64,000 nucleotides of DNA, from the IMG/VR virus record IMGVR_UViG_3300043105_000059, one strand, 5' to 3'. A model generated the notes under the pieces. That model was not told the origin of the DNA and did not search any database. It worked only from the letters and a program-made list of their open reading frames with translations. This stretch comes from an uncultured virus (IMG/VR IMGVR_UViG_3300043105_000059). Its lineage: Duplodnaviria; Heunggongvirae; Uroviricota; Caudoviricetes. Of this stretch, positions 1 to 12,976 are shown piece by piece; the stretch's first letter is position 1; every line of letters begins with the position of its first letter. Both the position numbers and the translations under genes were made by a program.

Positions 1-1
1 A

Positions 2-562
2 TACTCAGTTTCCTCCGTAGACATTAGTTCTAAAGCCTAGGAATATTTAGATGCTTCCCCGACTTTAGGTAATGTAGCCCTTATTAAAGATGATTCTACG
101 GAGTATAAGTATAATATTATAACTAAAGCCTATAACCCCAATAGTAAAACTTCCGAAAGCTTTAATAGTTCACACATCTATTATAAAATAAGTGATACAC
201 ACTTAGTAGACTGCAATACGTATAATATTACATAGATAGATAAGGTTCTTGGCGGTAGTAAACCATTAGGCTACTACATAGCTAATCTTGTAAACTTAGG
301 AATACTGTTCTATCAATATAATTCAGATTTAGACTACAATACTTTCTATGTAAATAGTTCTAAATTAAAGTCTAATAAAATACAAACTACTAAGTTTGTT
401 ATAGGTCGAGGTAAAACCTCTGATTCTGGTAGTGGTGAGCTTACTAATGGCAAAACATGTAAATATTAGTTATTACAAGAATCTGATAGTAGTAAGCCAG
501 CTACATATTTCACTAATGTAAATAACTCTGTAATAGCTTAGGATAAAACAAATAGCTTATAA
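2..562 (+). CDS. 3' part of a recoded (TAG=Gln) structural-module protein, 5' truncated by the window edge
   Basis: Frame starting at base 2 is open except for in-frame TAGs and ends at TAA 560-562, 2 nt before the next ATG. Confidence 0.75.
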
Positions 563-564
563 TT

Positions 565-3500
565 ATGGAAGAAAACTTTTCTTATGTTGTTAAATAGATA
601 TAGCCTAAAGGTAAATTAGTATATGAGTATAACCCACTTCATAACTTTAGAACTGCGAACAGCGATGGAGAACTAAAGGATTTTGATACATCAAAATTAA
701 ATTTTGATTTATCCCACCCTGTAACTATTGATTGTTAGGAATCGTATGATAAATCAATTAATTTAATTCTTAACGATGGCACAAATATTCCAAGAATTAT
801 AAATACTAGGTTTACAGCTAGGGAGAATAATACTTATGAAAGAGTTGATAGGTTAGGAAATACTGATACTAATATATATGATGAAGATGAATTTACTATT
901 GATACCTCTTTAGTAAAACGCTATATTAACATTCCAGAAGTAACCTTTAAAGGCGTTGCTTATGGTGGAGGACTTCCAGTAGGTAATTACACATTTTACT
1001 TTAAGTTATCCGACGCAGACGATAATGAAACTGATATTGTTGCTGAATCTGGCTTAGTAACAATTCACATAGGAGCCCTAAATTCACCACCATCTATTAG
1101 AGGTGGGGAGTAGAATGAAAATAGTGGTAAAATGGTTCAATTCCAATTATCAAATCTAGATTCTGGTTATGATTATGTAAAAGTGTATTATAGTAGAACT
1201 ACTGGAGTTGATAATGCAACTAGAACTACCACAGCCACAAGAGTAAATAATAGATTTAGAATTAAAAATAACTATTGTTTGGTTAGCATTACAGGTAATG
1301 AATCTGTTGATGATATACCTGTATCCGAATTAAGTTAGGATTTCTTTTTAGCAAGTTCTGCAAAAGCTCAAGCTATCTGTTAGAATATGCTATTTTTAGG
1401 AAATGTTTCAAAAGCTACCGCTGATTAGGGTTTAATTAATCTTAGTTTAAATTGGCTTCCCTATTATGAATCTGAAACACCTTCTGATATTACAGATGAT
1501 TTAGGAGTTTCGTATTCAAATTATACTGGCTACTATAATACAAATAATATATACAATAAGGTTGGTTATTGGAATGAAGAGATATACCGATTTGGTGTAG
1601 TATATATAATGGATAACGGTTCGTTATCTCCTGTATTTAATATTCGTGGTATAAATGGTGTTCCAGAAATAAATGAAGAAGATTCATACACAAAATTGGA
1701 CAATGACTTTAATATTGACTATGATACATAGTTAATAAATTCTGGAACCTTGGAAAATTCTGCTGGTGTATGTCGTATTGTGGATACTTCTGGAGGATAG
1801 TATTTTAAAGTAAGACACTTTAAGTTTTGTATTGACAAAGATACTTTAGAAAAAATATAGGATAAAGGTGTAAAGGGATATTTCTTTGTAAGGCAAAAAA
1901 GAATTCCTCTCATACTGTGTCAAGCCTTTATGATTGGTCGCGATACATATTCTGGTATTCCTGCTTGGACGCTTGAAAATACTCATGTTACTGAAACTTT
2001 TTTAGACTCACAAGGTTACTTAACTTAGAATTATGAAGAGCGTCTTATATAGGTAAATGATAATAAGTATTCTGTATCTGTTGGATTTGCTCCAGAATAT
2101 GAACTAAATCAACCCTACTATAATAACTTTTTTACTGGTGATAAAATGATTATTAGGTAGGAAACTGCGAAAGGGTCTTTGCTTGCTGCTAGTAATCATA
2201 TTTACTAGTTGGATAATACATCTTACACATGGGAAAATAATTCCACTATGCAAGCTAAGGTAATTTCAATACCTGATGGTACTAATGTTACTGATGGGAG
2301 TACTAAGTTTAAAGGAGTTGCTGGAGCTGCCGAAGAACTCAAATTTACGTATGTTAATAATAAAACTAATAAGCCCATTAAGAAGAATTTTTCAGGAACG
2401 AAAACTACCTACACATTTTTAAATGGGCATATACAAGTTAATACCAAAGAGACAACTAGTAAAGTAGCTATTACTAGAGGATTATATGGAACTTATCTTG
2501 GAGTTTATAACAATAATCTTATCCATGACAATAGTTTAATTAATATATATATTCCTGGATATGGTACTGAAAACATAAGTGAATACTTTAATATACGTAT
2601 TAACTGCGAGGATTAGTATTACGCAGTTTCTGATAGAAAAACTTTAAAGCTTGGTAGTGAAAAGACTATTATAGAAGATGTATATAGAGGTGACTGCTTT
2701 ATCAGTTAGTTTACTCATAGAATAAATAGAAACTTCTAGGATCCTGATGCACCTTGTAATGATACTATAGTAGAAGCTAGTACTTGGAGAGATAATTATG
2801 ATGCTGATAAAGGAACAGCTTCTGATGTTAATAGAGGTGACGTAAATGCCATTTAGATGGGAACATATATAACATTTAGATGTTATACTACCTACAATGT
2901 AGCAATGCGTGATTGGGATAGAGGTTATCCCTCAGAAGAGTCTTTAACTGGATGTAAAAGATCTTTTTATCCATTAAGTCCTATTCGCGTAGATGGACAT
3001 TATAAAATACCAGAGTCCAATTAGTTTAATTAGGGATTCTCTGCTACTACTGGAGAAAAAGCACATTTCTTATAGCCAAATGTTCCATATATAAAGAATA
3101 CTTATTAGACTAGAATTATATATTCTGATATAGCACAAACAGATGCTTTTAAAAACGGATTTAGAATATTTAAAGGTGTATCCTTTAGGGATTATTCTAA
3201 CTAGTACGGAGGAATAACTAAACTTGTATAGTGGTTAGATAATCTAGTTGTAATATTTGAACATGGTATTGGTATTGCTACAGTAAATGCAAATGCTTTG
3301 ATACCTACTGATGATGGAACTTCTATTTCTGTTGGAGCTGTTAAAGTTATTCCAGACACATTAAAAATGTTAAGCACAGATTATGGTACTTAGTGGTCTG
3401 AATCTGTAGTATGTTCCAATGCGTATATTTATGGAGTTGATACAGTAGCTAGAAAGATTTGGAGAACTCAAGGATCTGGTGTAGAATGTATTTCCGATTT

Positions 3501-5334
3501 CCATGTTTAGAAATTTTTAAATGAGAATATTAGTCTTGGAGAACGAGAATTAACGCCTTTAATAGGTGTTCGTAATGTAAAGTCACACTTTAATAATTAC
3601 AAGAATGATGTAATGTTCACATTCTATGATAATACTTATGGTTTTGAAGAAACTGTATGGAATTTATGTTATTGTGAAACTTTAAGTTCTTTTACTACAT
3701 TCTATTCTTGGCTTCCTTCTTATTCTGCTAACATTGATAATGTATTCTTTACTTTTGATCGTAACTGTTCAAAATGGGTTTCTAAATTAGCTGCTAGTAC
3801 GTGTACTAAAACAGGAAATGAAGTAACTTATAATAATGATGCTTCGGGTGTATGCTTAGATAGCGTACAAATAAACGGTTCTTCTTGGAGTGCTAATTTA
3901 TATTTAAGTCCTGACAGAACAGAATTGTTAGATCAAGATAAGTAGTACACCTTAGAGTTTACACTAGAGCGTGATAATTTTGGTAATTATGCTTATTTTG
4001 AAATAGTTAATAGTACACTAAAGGTAGCGGATTATCCAGGTTTACTTAAACACTGGTTCTTAGCTGCTGATGAATCTAAAGTAAAAACTCCGTCAGAACC
4101 TTGTATAGGATTAAATATTAAATGTACTATTTAGAGTAAAAATTCCACTGGTACATCTATTATTGATCACTACACCTTAACTAATGAAGGTTATTATTCT
4201 AATCAAATCTTCTTAACATTAGAGGATATTGTAAATAACTAGTCTAGTAAAAAAGAACTAGCCAATGGATCTGTTGCTATAACTGTACAGAATCAATTAA
4301 AGCTTAATGATATTACAGTTAATTTACCAACTTTTGAAACTGCTTTCTGGAAGCATGGTTTTGCTGGAATTATAGATACTTAGGAAAAAATAATGCCTTG
4401 CTTGTGGTATCATAAATAGCATCCATTTGAATTTGAATTCGTTACAGGTAATGATAATGCTGGTTATAAACAGTTTGATAACTTAGTAATATCATCTAAT
4501 AATGTAGCTCCAGAATCCTTCCATTATACAATTGTAGGTGATAGCTATGATTTCTCTGACTAGAAGCCTAGTATGTACTGGAGATAGGAGGCTACTAAAT
4601 ATTTCTATCAGTATAATGGTTGTGATATTTTATATGACCATAAAGTATTTGACACACCAACAAAGTATGAACCTTCTCAAGTAACTTCTAGCACTTATAT
4701 AGAAAAGACTAATGATAATACTAGTTATTTAAGACATTCATCAACAGTATCAAATGTATATCGTGATACGATGATGCCTTGGATATACACTAGACAGGAT
4801 ACCTTTAATGAGATTGAAGACTATTATAAAAGTATAACAGCTTCTGCTTATAAAGATTATCCTAATATTACTGGGGGTGAAATAGTTTGGGATTGTTAGT
4901 TTAATCATTTTAGTATTTGTAATCACGTTAAAGCTAGGGATGTTAAAAACGTAGGAAGAACCCGTGCTAATATGCAATACATTAATGATAAGTGGGTAAT
5001 TTAGATTACTCCAATTAATGTGTATAATAGAAATTACACTTGGTTTAAAGGTTCTGACGATAAGCAACATCCTAAATTAGTTATTAATAATATTCCTACA
5101 GAAGTATTTAATCACTTAAAGGGAACTATTGACTCCAATAAGATACCAAGTGATTTAGAGGCTTATAGAAATGATCCTAGTGTGGCATTTGATATGACAC
5201 CTTGGGAATCAATTGCTAATGCAAGAAAAGAAATAAAGCTTATGGATAAACAAATAAAGACAAAAATTAGATATAAAGGAGATTAGCTGGTAAATATATT
5301 AGCTGTTTCTACACAATTTAATTCTATGGTATAA
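565..5334 (+). CDS. Tail stabilization / muzzle-like protein, about 1589 aa (TAG=Gln)
   Basis: ORF-track fragments at 1132, 2209, 3613 and 5020 share one frame and each ends at TAG. Beta-rich sequence with GYWNEEIYRFGVVY, YGGITKL, IFEHGIG and YIYGVDTVARKIWR, resembling crAss-like P22 gp10-type tail proteins. It lies directly upstream of the cargo genes. Confidence 0.7.
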
Positions 5335-6626
5335 TGGGAACTTCATTTGGATCTGTTTCAGGTTCTGGAAATACTGGAGGAAGTGGAAGCTCATCATCTT
5401 TAAAGGAAAAACTATCTAATAGTGAAGCCTATAACATAGCTGTAAAAACTATAGGTGGTGTAGCAGGTTAGTTTCCCACTCCTAATGAAAATCTAAACAA
5501 GAATACTTAGCAAATAACCAGTCTTCGTAATACAGCTTCAGATGCTTTATTATCTTCTGGTAATCCATATGCAATGGCTGGTGGTGCAGCTCTTAAAGTA
5601 ATGGGTGCTACAGGTGGATTTACAGATGCTTCTGAAGGACTTGGTACTGGTACAGATAATTTAAATAAATTTGCTTCATTAGCATTACCAGGAGCAGGTT
5701 GGTTCACTAAACCTGTTGAAAAGTATTCTGTTGGTACAGATACTCAGGTTATGCAATCTGGCTATGCAAGTACTATAAAAAATAATGAAAAGGCTGCTAA
5801 AAATGCTGGAGCTAAATTATTATTTGGACGTAGTAAAGCAAGATCTATGATACATGAAGCTAAAGCTAAAGATATGCTTATTTCTAATATTAAAGAGGAG
5901 GCTGATGATAACTATGCTTCTATGGCTAGTTTAACTTAGGCTAAATCTATGTCAGATTAGTATGCTTATGAAGGAGGTTATTAGCAAGCCTTAGCAAGAG
6001 CCGGTAAATTAGGTATGAAACTTACAAAAGCTAGACAAATAGCTAATAGATTAACTCCACTATTACCTGAATTTTAGGAAGGTGGGATAATTGAAACTGA
6101 TAACCTTATTAATGAACCCGAAGAAATTGAAAAGTTCATTCCTAAAGACCCTGCAGAATTCTTTAATAATATAACATTTGATGACGTACCGGAGTTTAAA
6201 GACGGGGGTAGAGTTATTGAAGAATCTAATATTGAAAAGTTTGTTCCAACAACTCCTGAGTAGGATGCACAATTCTTTAATAGTTTAGTATTTGATGATG
6301 TACAAGAGTTTAAAGAAGGTGGCTAGATGAATGTAATTCCTGAAGGTAATTTACATGCTAGATTACACCACATGAATGGTGCGGATGAACTTACTAAAAA
6401 AGGTATTCCAGTAGTAGATAATGATGGTAATCAACAAGCTGAAATTGAATTAAATGAAATTATATTTAATCTTGACGTATCTACAAAACTTGAAGAACTT
6501 CATAAAAAATACAAAGAAGAAGGTAGTGACAAAGATAAAATAGCTATTGAAGCAGGTAAGTTACTTGCTGAATAGATAATGGAAAATACAGATGATAGAA
6601 CTGGATTAATTGCACAAGTTTAGTAA
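5334..6626 (+). CDS. Putative virion cargo/ejection protein, about 430 aa (TAG=Gln), with Gly/Ala-rich N-half and an internal repeat
   Basis: ATG overlaps the upstream TAA (TAATG). Fragments at 5574 and 6327 are in frame. Ends TAG-TAA at 6621-6626. Confidence 0.7.
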
Positions 6627-6627
6627 G

Positions 6628-7209
6628 ATGGAAACAGTTAAAGTGACTTTAGGAAAGAAAAGCTACAAATTAAAAGTAGCATCTACTAAATAGGAACTTC
6701 GTAAAGGTTTAATGGGAGTAAATCATCTTAACGATGATGAAGGTATGTTATTTGACTTCGGAAGAGAAGGTAAACATGAAATGTGGATGTACAATACTAT
6801 AATTCCATTAGACTAGATATTTATTAATGCCGAACAAGAAGTGACTAAGGTTGCTACTAGAGAACCTTACGATGAAACTTTAGTAGGTAAAGAAGATAGT
6901 CTATATGTAGTAGAACTAAACGCTAATTCAGGAGTAAAAGTTGGAGATGAGCTTGAATTTGATGATGATACATCTAATTATGTAATGCGAGTACTGTCAC
7001 CAGATGGTTCTACACAAATGAACTTGCAAGGTGGTGAACGCATATTTAGTAGAAAGAATACTAAAGTATTAATTAGACAAGCTAAAAAAGCTTACACTTC
7101 TAAGTCAGATTCAGACTATAAACGCTTAGGTAAATCTGTATTTAAATTCTTATCTATTCAGGATGGAAATAAACCTGAATATGTTCAACTACCTAACTCA
7201 AAAGATTAA
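6628..7209 (+). CDS. DUF192 family protein with C-terminal extension, 193 aa (TAG=Gln)
   Basis: Translation gives LKVASTKQELRKGLM...EGMLFDF...[15 protein letters not shown]...[15 protein letters not shown], the DUF192 signature (GLM / GMLF / WMxNTxIPLD / VLEL). Confidence 0.8.
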
Positions 7210-7220
7210 CCTTTAAAGAA

Positions 7221-7252
7221 TTTTGAATTGTTACAATAAAATCGTATTTTTA
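7221..7252 (+). promoter_or_regulatory. Candidate Bacteroidota-type promoter (-33 TTTG, -7 TAnnTTTG-like)
   Basis: TTTG at 7222-7225, a 19-nt spacer, then TATTTTTA at 7245-7252 (one mismatch to TAnnTTTG). It sits in the longest intergenic gap of the + arm. Confidence 0.4.
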
Positions 7253-7297
7253 GTTCAACTAAGATAAAATAGAGAATAACTTTAAAATTTATTAATT

Positions 7298-7597
7298 ATG
7301 TATATCAATTTTCCGAAAGTAAGACGCTTCCAAGAAGGTGGTGCGGTGCCCCCACAGGAGGCTCAAGGTGGCGCTCCAGCAGGTGGAGGTGATCCGATGC
7401 AAGAAATTTTACAGGCTGCTGCACAGGCTGTACAGAATAACGATGGTCAACTTGCTTTGCAGGTATGCCAAGCTTTAGTTCAATTAGCACAAGGTGGTGG
7501 CGGTGCCCCTGAAGGCGGTGCTCCAGCTCCTGCAGAAGGTGGCGAGGAACCCGTTTACAGATTAGGTGGTCGTCTAGCGTATCGCCAACGTTATTAA
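7298..7597 (+). CDS. Small Gly/Ala/Gln/Pro-rich protein, 99 aa, no TAG codons
   Basis: Intact ORF in either code, with higher GC than its flanks and followed by a terminator. Confidence 0.85.
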   Translation: MYINFPKVRRFQEGGAVPPQEAQGGAPAGGGDPMQEILQAAAQAVQNNDGQLALQVCQALVQLAQGGGGAPEGGAPAPAEGGEEPVYRLGGRLAYRQRY

Positions 7598-7610
7598 TTC
7601 CTAATAAGGT

Positions 7611-7645
7611 AGGAGGTATGTAAGCAATTATATACCTCCTTTTTT
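7611..7645 (+). terminator. Rho-independent terminator
   Basis: AGGAGGTATGTAA-GCAA-TTATATACCTCCT forms a 13-bp stem with one G-U pair, followed by a T run. Confidence 0.8.
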
Positions 7646-7660
7646 AATTTAATACCATTT

Positions 7661-10600
7661 ATGGCAGAACAAGAAGTAAAAAAAGTAAACATTGCTGGTA
7701 AAAGTGTTGATTATAATGAACTTGAAAGACGAGCAAAAGCTAAAGCTTATGCTTGGATGGATTACTAGGGATTGAAAGGTGATCAACGTAGGGATTTTAT
7801 AGACGCTTTTAATCGCAAAATGACTGAGTTGTATGAAGGTAATGATTATGTTCCTGATGAGGCGCATATTAATTATTACGGTAAACACTCTGGAAATAAA
7901 AAACAAGATGGTAATACCAAAGGCGGTATCTTGCGCACTGAGCGTCGCTTAGAATTTGACCCTAATAGCAGTGTAGATACATTCTTAAATGGTATTGCAG
8001 GAGTTTCTGAAGACTTAGATGAAAAAGCTAAGAGGGAGGAAGAAGCCCGCAAAGCTAAATTACCTCAATGGAATTCTTCTTTACTTGCACAAGCTGTATC
8101 AGATGCTATCTTTGGTGAAGGTAATGAATTTTCAACAGACCAATTAATGGCTTGGGCTGATGAATTAGATCCTTATACTGAAGGAAGCCCACGTTCTACA
8201 TATAATCGTAGAGCCTTTATTGCATCTGTAGTAAGAGAATACCAAAAAGGTTTACTTAATGGAAAGTACAATATAAGTGATACGGATAGAAAATCTGAAT
8301 TAGATAAAGTAGACTTAATTTTAAGCGGTGTATCGGGTTGGCAATTAAATAGAGTTGCTCCTTGGATTTCTCATCTTCTTTATACTGATGATAAATATTA
8401 TGCAACTAATGAAGAACGAGACGCTGCTAAAAAGCAAGCATTAGAAGAAGCATTAGCAGAAGCAGAAACTGCATATATTAATAATGGTACTGGTACTAAC
8501 CCTTATGATAAAAGTAAAGATCCTGATAATTATAATCGAGTAGAATAGGCTAGGGGTCTAGTTTTAGATTAGCAGTTTCAAAATAAATTTGATAATTATA
8601 ATGTTACTTCTAGTCGTTTAAGATCTCCTCACTGGTTACCTCGTTGGACTTATTTTAAGGATGGGAATGTATTTTCTGGCTATGATCCTAAAGGAGCCAA
8701 TGGTATATTATCTTTAATTGATGCTGCTTATAAAGTGAATACTGACTACTCCGATGATGGTCGAGGTTTGGATTATTAGGGAACTGTAGGATTAGATTGG
8801 GAATGGGGGCATGATAATTATACAGGACGAGGTAAAGGTGATACATCTTTATTAGGAGTTTTACCTCAGGCTTATTTTGATTCTGACGAAATTCGGGGAA
8901 ATGATGATATGCCTGACGATGTAACTCATAGTAATGTACGAGGTTATAATGTAGGACGCACCAATAATGGTGTTAAAATGAAGTTCTTATCTGATTATGC
9001 CCACTTTGCAGTTAGCACTAATCCAAATCTTTATAGATTAAAACCAGGAACTTCCATGTTCTTATTACCAGACTTGATTGATTGGAGTCGTGGTACTGCT
9101 TACGTTCTTAATGAGGGTGTGGATTAGAAAAATACTATAGAGCAAATCAACATAGCACCATATATTAAACAACTTAAAACTAATAATCCTGCTCTGTATA
9201 ATCTTTTACTACAATCATACACTAAGGCACATAAATATAAGTGGACTTAGGATCCAACCGCTGAAACAGAAACTCCAGCAGCTGCTGTAGCATCTTAGAA
9301 AAACGGAGGACGCATTCTAAAAGCACAATTCGGTGCTGCTATGGAAATGGCTAATAGTGCTTCACAAGCTGATTTAGAAGCTTAGCAAGCACGTATCGCG
9401 ATAGAGGGTTAGACGTAGTTTAATCGTGAGTTAGCTGCTTAGGATACTAAGTTATCCGCACTAGAATATGCTAGAATTGGTGCAGCTGCTGCTGATATGG
9501 CTTCTATCGCAACTTCTTATGCTCCTGGTTATGGTACTGCAGCAGCTGCAGGTTTAGGACTAGTTTCTACAGCAACTAATTTAGTTGCAGATCTTAATGA
9601 TAAATCTGTATCTACTGGAGATGCGCTCAAAGGCTTAGGAATTAATCTAGCTATGGATGTAGCTTCTTTAATCCCCGGAATAGGTACAGGTGCTGGTATT
9701 TCAAAAGTAACTAAGCCCCTTTTAAAACTGGCTCCTAAAATTTTAGCTGTTATGGGGGCAATTAATGTTGCTCCTGCCGCAATAGATTCTTTTAAGAAGC
9801 TTTGTGATGGTAAGACCCTTAATTAGGAGGACTACAAAAATATAGCTTACGGTTTAGGTGCTGTAGCCGGTATACACAATATGGGACGTACATCCTACCT
9901 TAATCATAAATATAAGAATGCAATGCCTAAAGGTGTTGCTGCAACTAAAGGTGGTGGTACAGGAGAATTTAATGTTAAGTTTAAGAGTAATGGTTCTGAG
10001 CAAACTGTTAAACTTAGTAATACCGATATTGAAGCTATTAACAATGCTGGTGCTAAAGGAAATGAAGCTGCTCGTACTAAATTCCGAGAAATACTTACTG
10101 GTAAAGGTGTAGATAAAACTATTGTTGATTAGGCAGAATTAGTCGGAACTAACTTTAGTGGTAGCCGTGTTAAACGTGTTTTTGATAAAAAATTATCGGG
10201 AGATGAAATCTTAAATGCTGATTCTGAGGGCAAAGCTCCAACTACAAAAGAAGTTCAGGATTATTATAAAAAACTTGTAGAGGAAAATCGTAAGTTAGTC
10301 AAATCGTACCAAACTAGTAAGCGTAGATGGAAGAGATGGATTGGTAATAACTTAAACACAGATGCTGAAATCTATGTAGGTCAGCAAGGAATGTTTAAAA
10401 ATCCATTCAAGGGAAAGAAGAGCGGTCTTGAAGAATAGTATGCAGCTGTTAATAAATAGATTGCGGATGAACGAAGGGTTAGAGTTCAAAAAGAGTGGGA
10501 TGAACGAAATAAACGAGTTGCTGAGGGTAAGAAATTAGCTGAAGAAGCTGGAAAAGAACGGGGTGTAGTATGGACTAAAGAATCTAATAAGAAATTACAA

Positions 10601-12976
10601 GATGATTTTGCAGCAGCGCCAGAACCTTGGGATGAGAATGCTGTCCGTGACAGAACTGTTAATGCACAAGCTGATAGTAATGCGAAGCAAGCTGCTTTAG
10701 ATGCTTTAAATGCTAATCCTGTGCAGGAATTTACGGCAGCCGATGAAGGTCTAATGGCTACTAGAAAGCAGACACTTGCTGAAGCTGAAGCTAAGTTCCA
10801 ACCTTATAAAGATCAAGAGAACGCAATAGTTGAAGCCCTAAACAGACACCAGTCAGATATTGATGCCCTTAAAAATGAGTAGCTAGCTTACGAACGTGAA
10901 AGTCATACTCCACAGCAAATTACACAAAGGAAAGCCGAAACCGATCAAAAGATTCAAGATTTAAAGGATGCTGTGCAACGTTGTGCTAAGTAGCTTAATG
11001 ATCATCAATCTAGTGTTGGTTATAAAAATGCTGAAAGGCAGATTACTAAAGCCACTAATGAGTTAGAAGCTAGTACTAGGGCTAAAAGTGAGTGGGAGGA
11101 ATTTCAGACTAAACTAAAAGACGCGCAAGATGCTTTAGATGCTAGTAAAGCTACCGAAACTGAGGCTATAAATGCTTATAATTAGTATTTGGCACAAAAG
11201 CAAAAAGTTGATAATATTAATAATGGAACCCTTAATCCTGCAACATTAACAGAGGATGAACTTAACGCTTTAGCAATAGCTGATAAAAAATATTCTCCTG
11301 AAGCTCGTGCATTACAAGCACATCAAGAATTAAGGGGCAAAGTTCGAGACTACTATAAGGAACTTAAGAATCAAGGTCGGGCATCTTCTGAAAATGAGAA
11401 AGCTGCTAGAAAAACGGGATTTGCGAAAGTTGACACTTAGGTTGATTCTAATGTAAAAAGGTATGCTTCTTGGTTAAAGGATCCTATTAAAGCTAACAAA
11501 ACATCTGAGTTTAAGAGGTTTATTAAAGATGTTGAAGCTAATTCTAATGGAAAACTAACTGAAAAGAAACTTGAGAATATTCTTAAAAATGAGGCTTTGA
11601 TGCAAAAGGTACGTAAGCTTTACGCCTTTAAGAGAGGAGGTTATGTCCCTTTTTATTCAGACGGAGATGAAATTAAGAAACCTAAAGAAGAAGAAACAAC
11701 TTCTACAGCAGAACCCCTAACTACTTCCACCGCTGACGCTACAACAACTTCTACTGCTAACACTGAAGTCCCGGTAGTTACAACAGAAACTTCTGTATCT
11801 GTAACTCCTTACGGAACAATCTCAGGCAGTGGTAGCACCTCCGGAGGTAATAACGAAAATACATCTGGAGTTAGAACAATCCTTAATTATGATAATGATA
11901 AGCCGGGAAATGGAAAAAAATCAAGCCTTCTTGGGAATCTAACTAATAAGTCAGACATGGCTATTTCAACACTAGAAGCTTGGAAATGGCATGATGCTAA
12001 ATACAAGAATGCTAAAATTGCTGCATTAGGTAAGAAGATTAAAAACCTCCATGTAACACCATTACAAAGTAACTGGAGAATATTCTCTTCTAAACCTTTA
12101 CTGGATTAGGCACAACAAGCAAGAACTGCTGGTAATCATGTAGGTCGTATGGCTGCTGCTGGTACCTCAGATCAAGCTCAAGGATTTGTTTATCAATTAC
12201 ATGGATAGAATAATGGTGAGCAAAATGCAAGACCTTATATCTTACAATCCGATGCTACTATTAAAGAAAATACTGATAAGCAATGGTAGTTAGCTAATCA
12301 AAATGCTGCTAGTAGGCATGATGCTGCTGAAAAGAATGCTGCTTCTGATGTTGCTAAGTATAACTAGGATATTTTAGTTGATCAACAATTAATACATGAT
12401 AATTCTACTAAAGATCAACAATTCCTTACAGCTGTGCAAAATGGTATTGCAAACTCTGATGCTTACTTTAAAGCTAAGAAACGAGCTAATTTCTTGAACA
12501 ATGATGCAGAATTAGTTGCTGCTTATGATAAAATGAATACATTAAGAAAGCGACGTTCTGCAGCAGGTAATACTGTTGGATCCACTTGGACTTAGGAGGA
12601 TGAAGATGCTTATATTGCAGCTAGAGATGATTACTCTGATTTACTTACTACAAAAATTCGTGAATACGATAACTTACATGGTAGTTCTGTAGGTCAATCA
12701 TTTGCTATGCCTATTTGGAGTTATGGTTCAAACTACGGTGGGTATAATTCTAGTTCATTTAGTTTTGGTGATACTGGTAACACAACTTCTAGATTCTCAT
12801 GGTTGAAAAAAGGAGGAAAAGTAGCTTCGGATTCGGAAGATAGTAAAAATAGACGTCATTCTGCTAAACAGTATTTTGAATTGTAGAAACTATTACTCAC
12901 GGAAGCTAATAAAGATTAGCGTGCTATGGGTAATGGTTATGCGTATTTTAGAAAATTAATGATGTGTAGTAAATGA
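7661..12976 (+). CDS. Large virion cargo/ejection protein, about 1771 aa (TAG=Gln), with hydrophobic Gly/Ala segments and coiled coil
   Basis: Fragments at 7772, 8909, 9497, 9881, 11189 and 11597 share one frame and are joined by TAGs. Ends at TGA overlapping the next ATG (ATGA). Confidence 0.75.

Noticed and set aside
7611..7623. AGGAGGT followed by ATG as a ribosome-binding site and start
   Set aside because: The ATG is immediately followed by TAA and the sequence is the 5' arm of the terminator stem; other genes here have AT-rich leaders without Shine-Dalgarno motifs.
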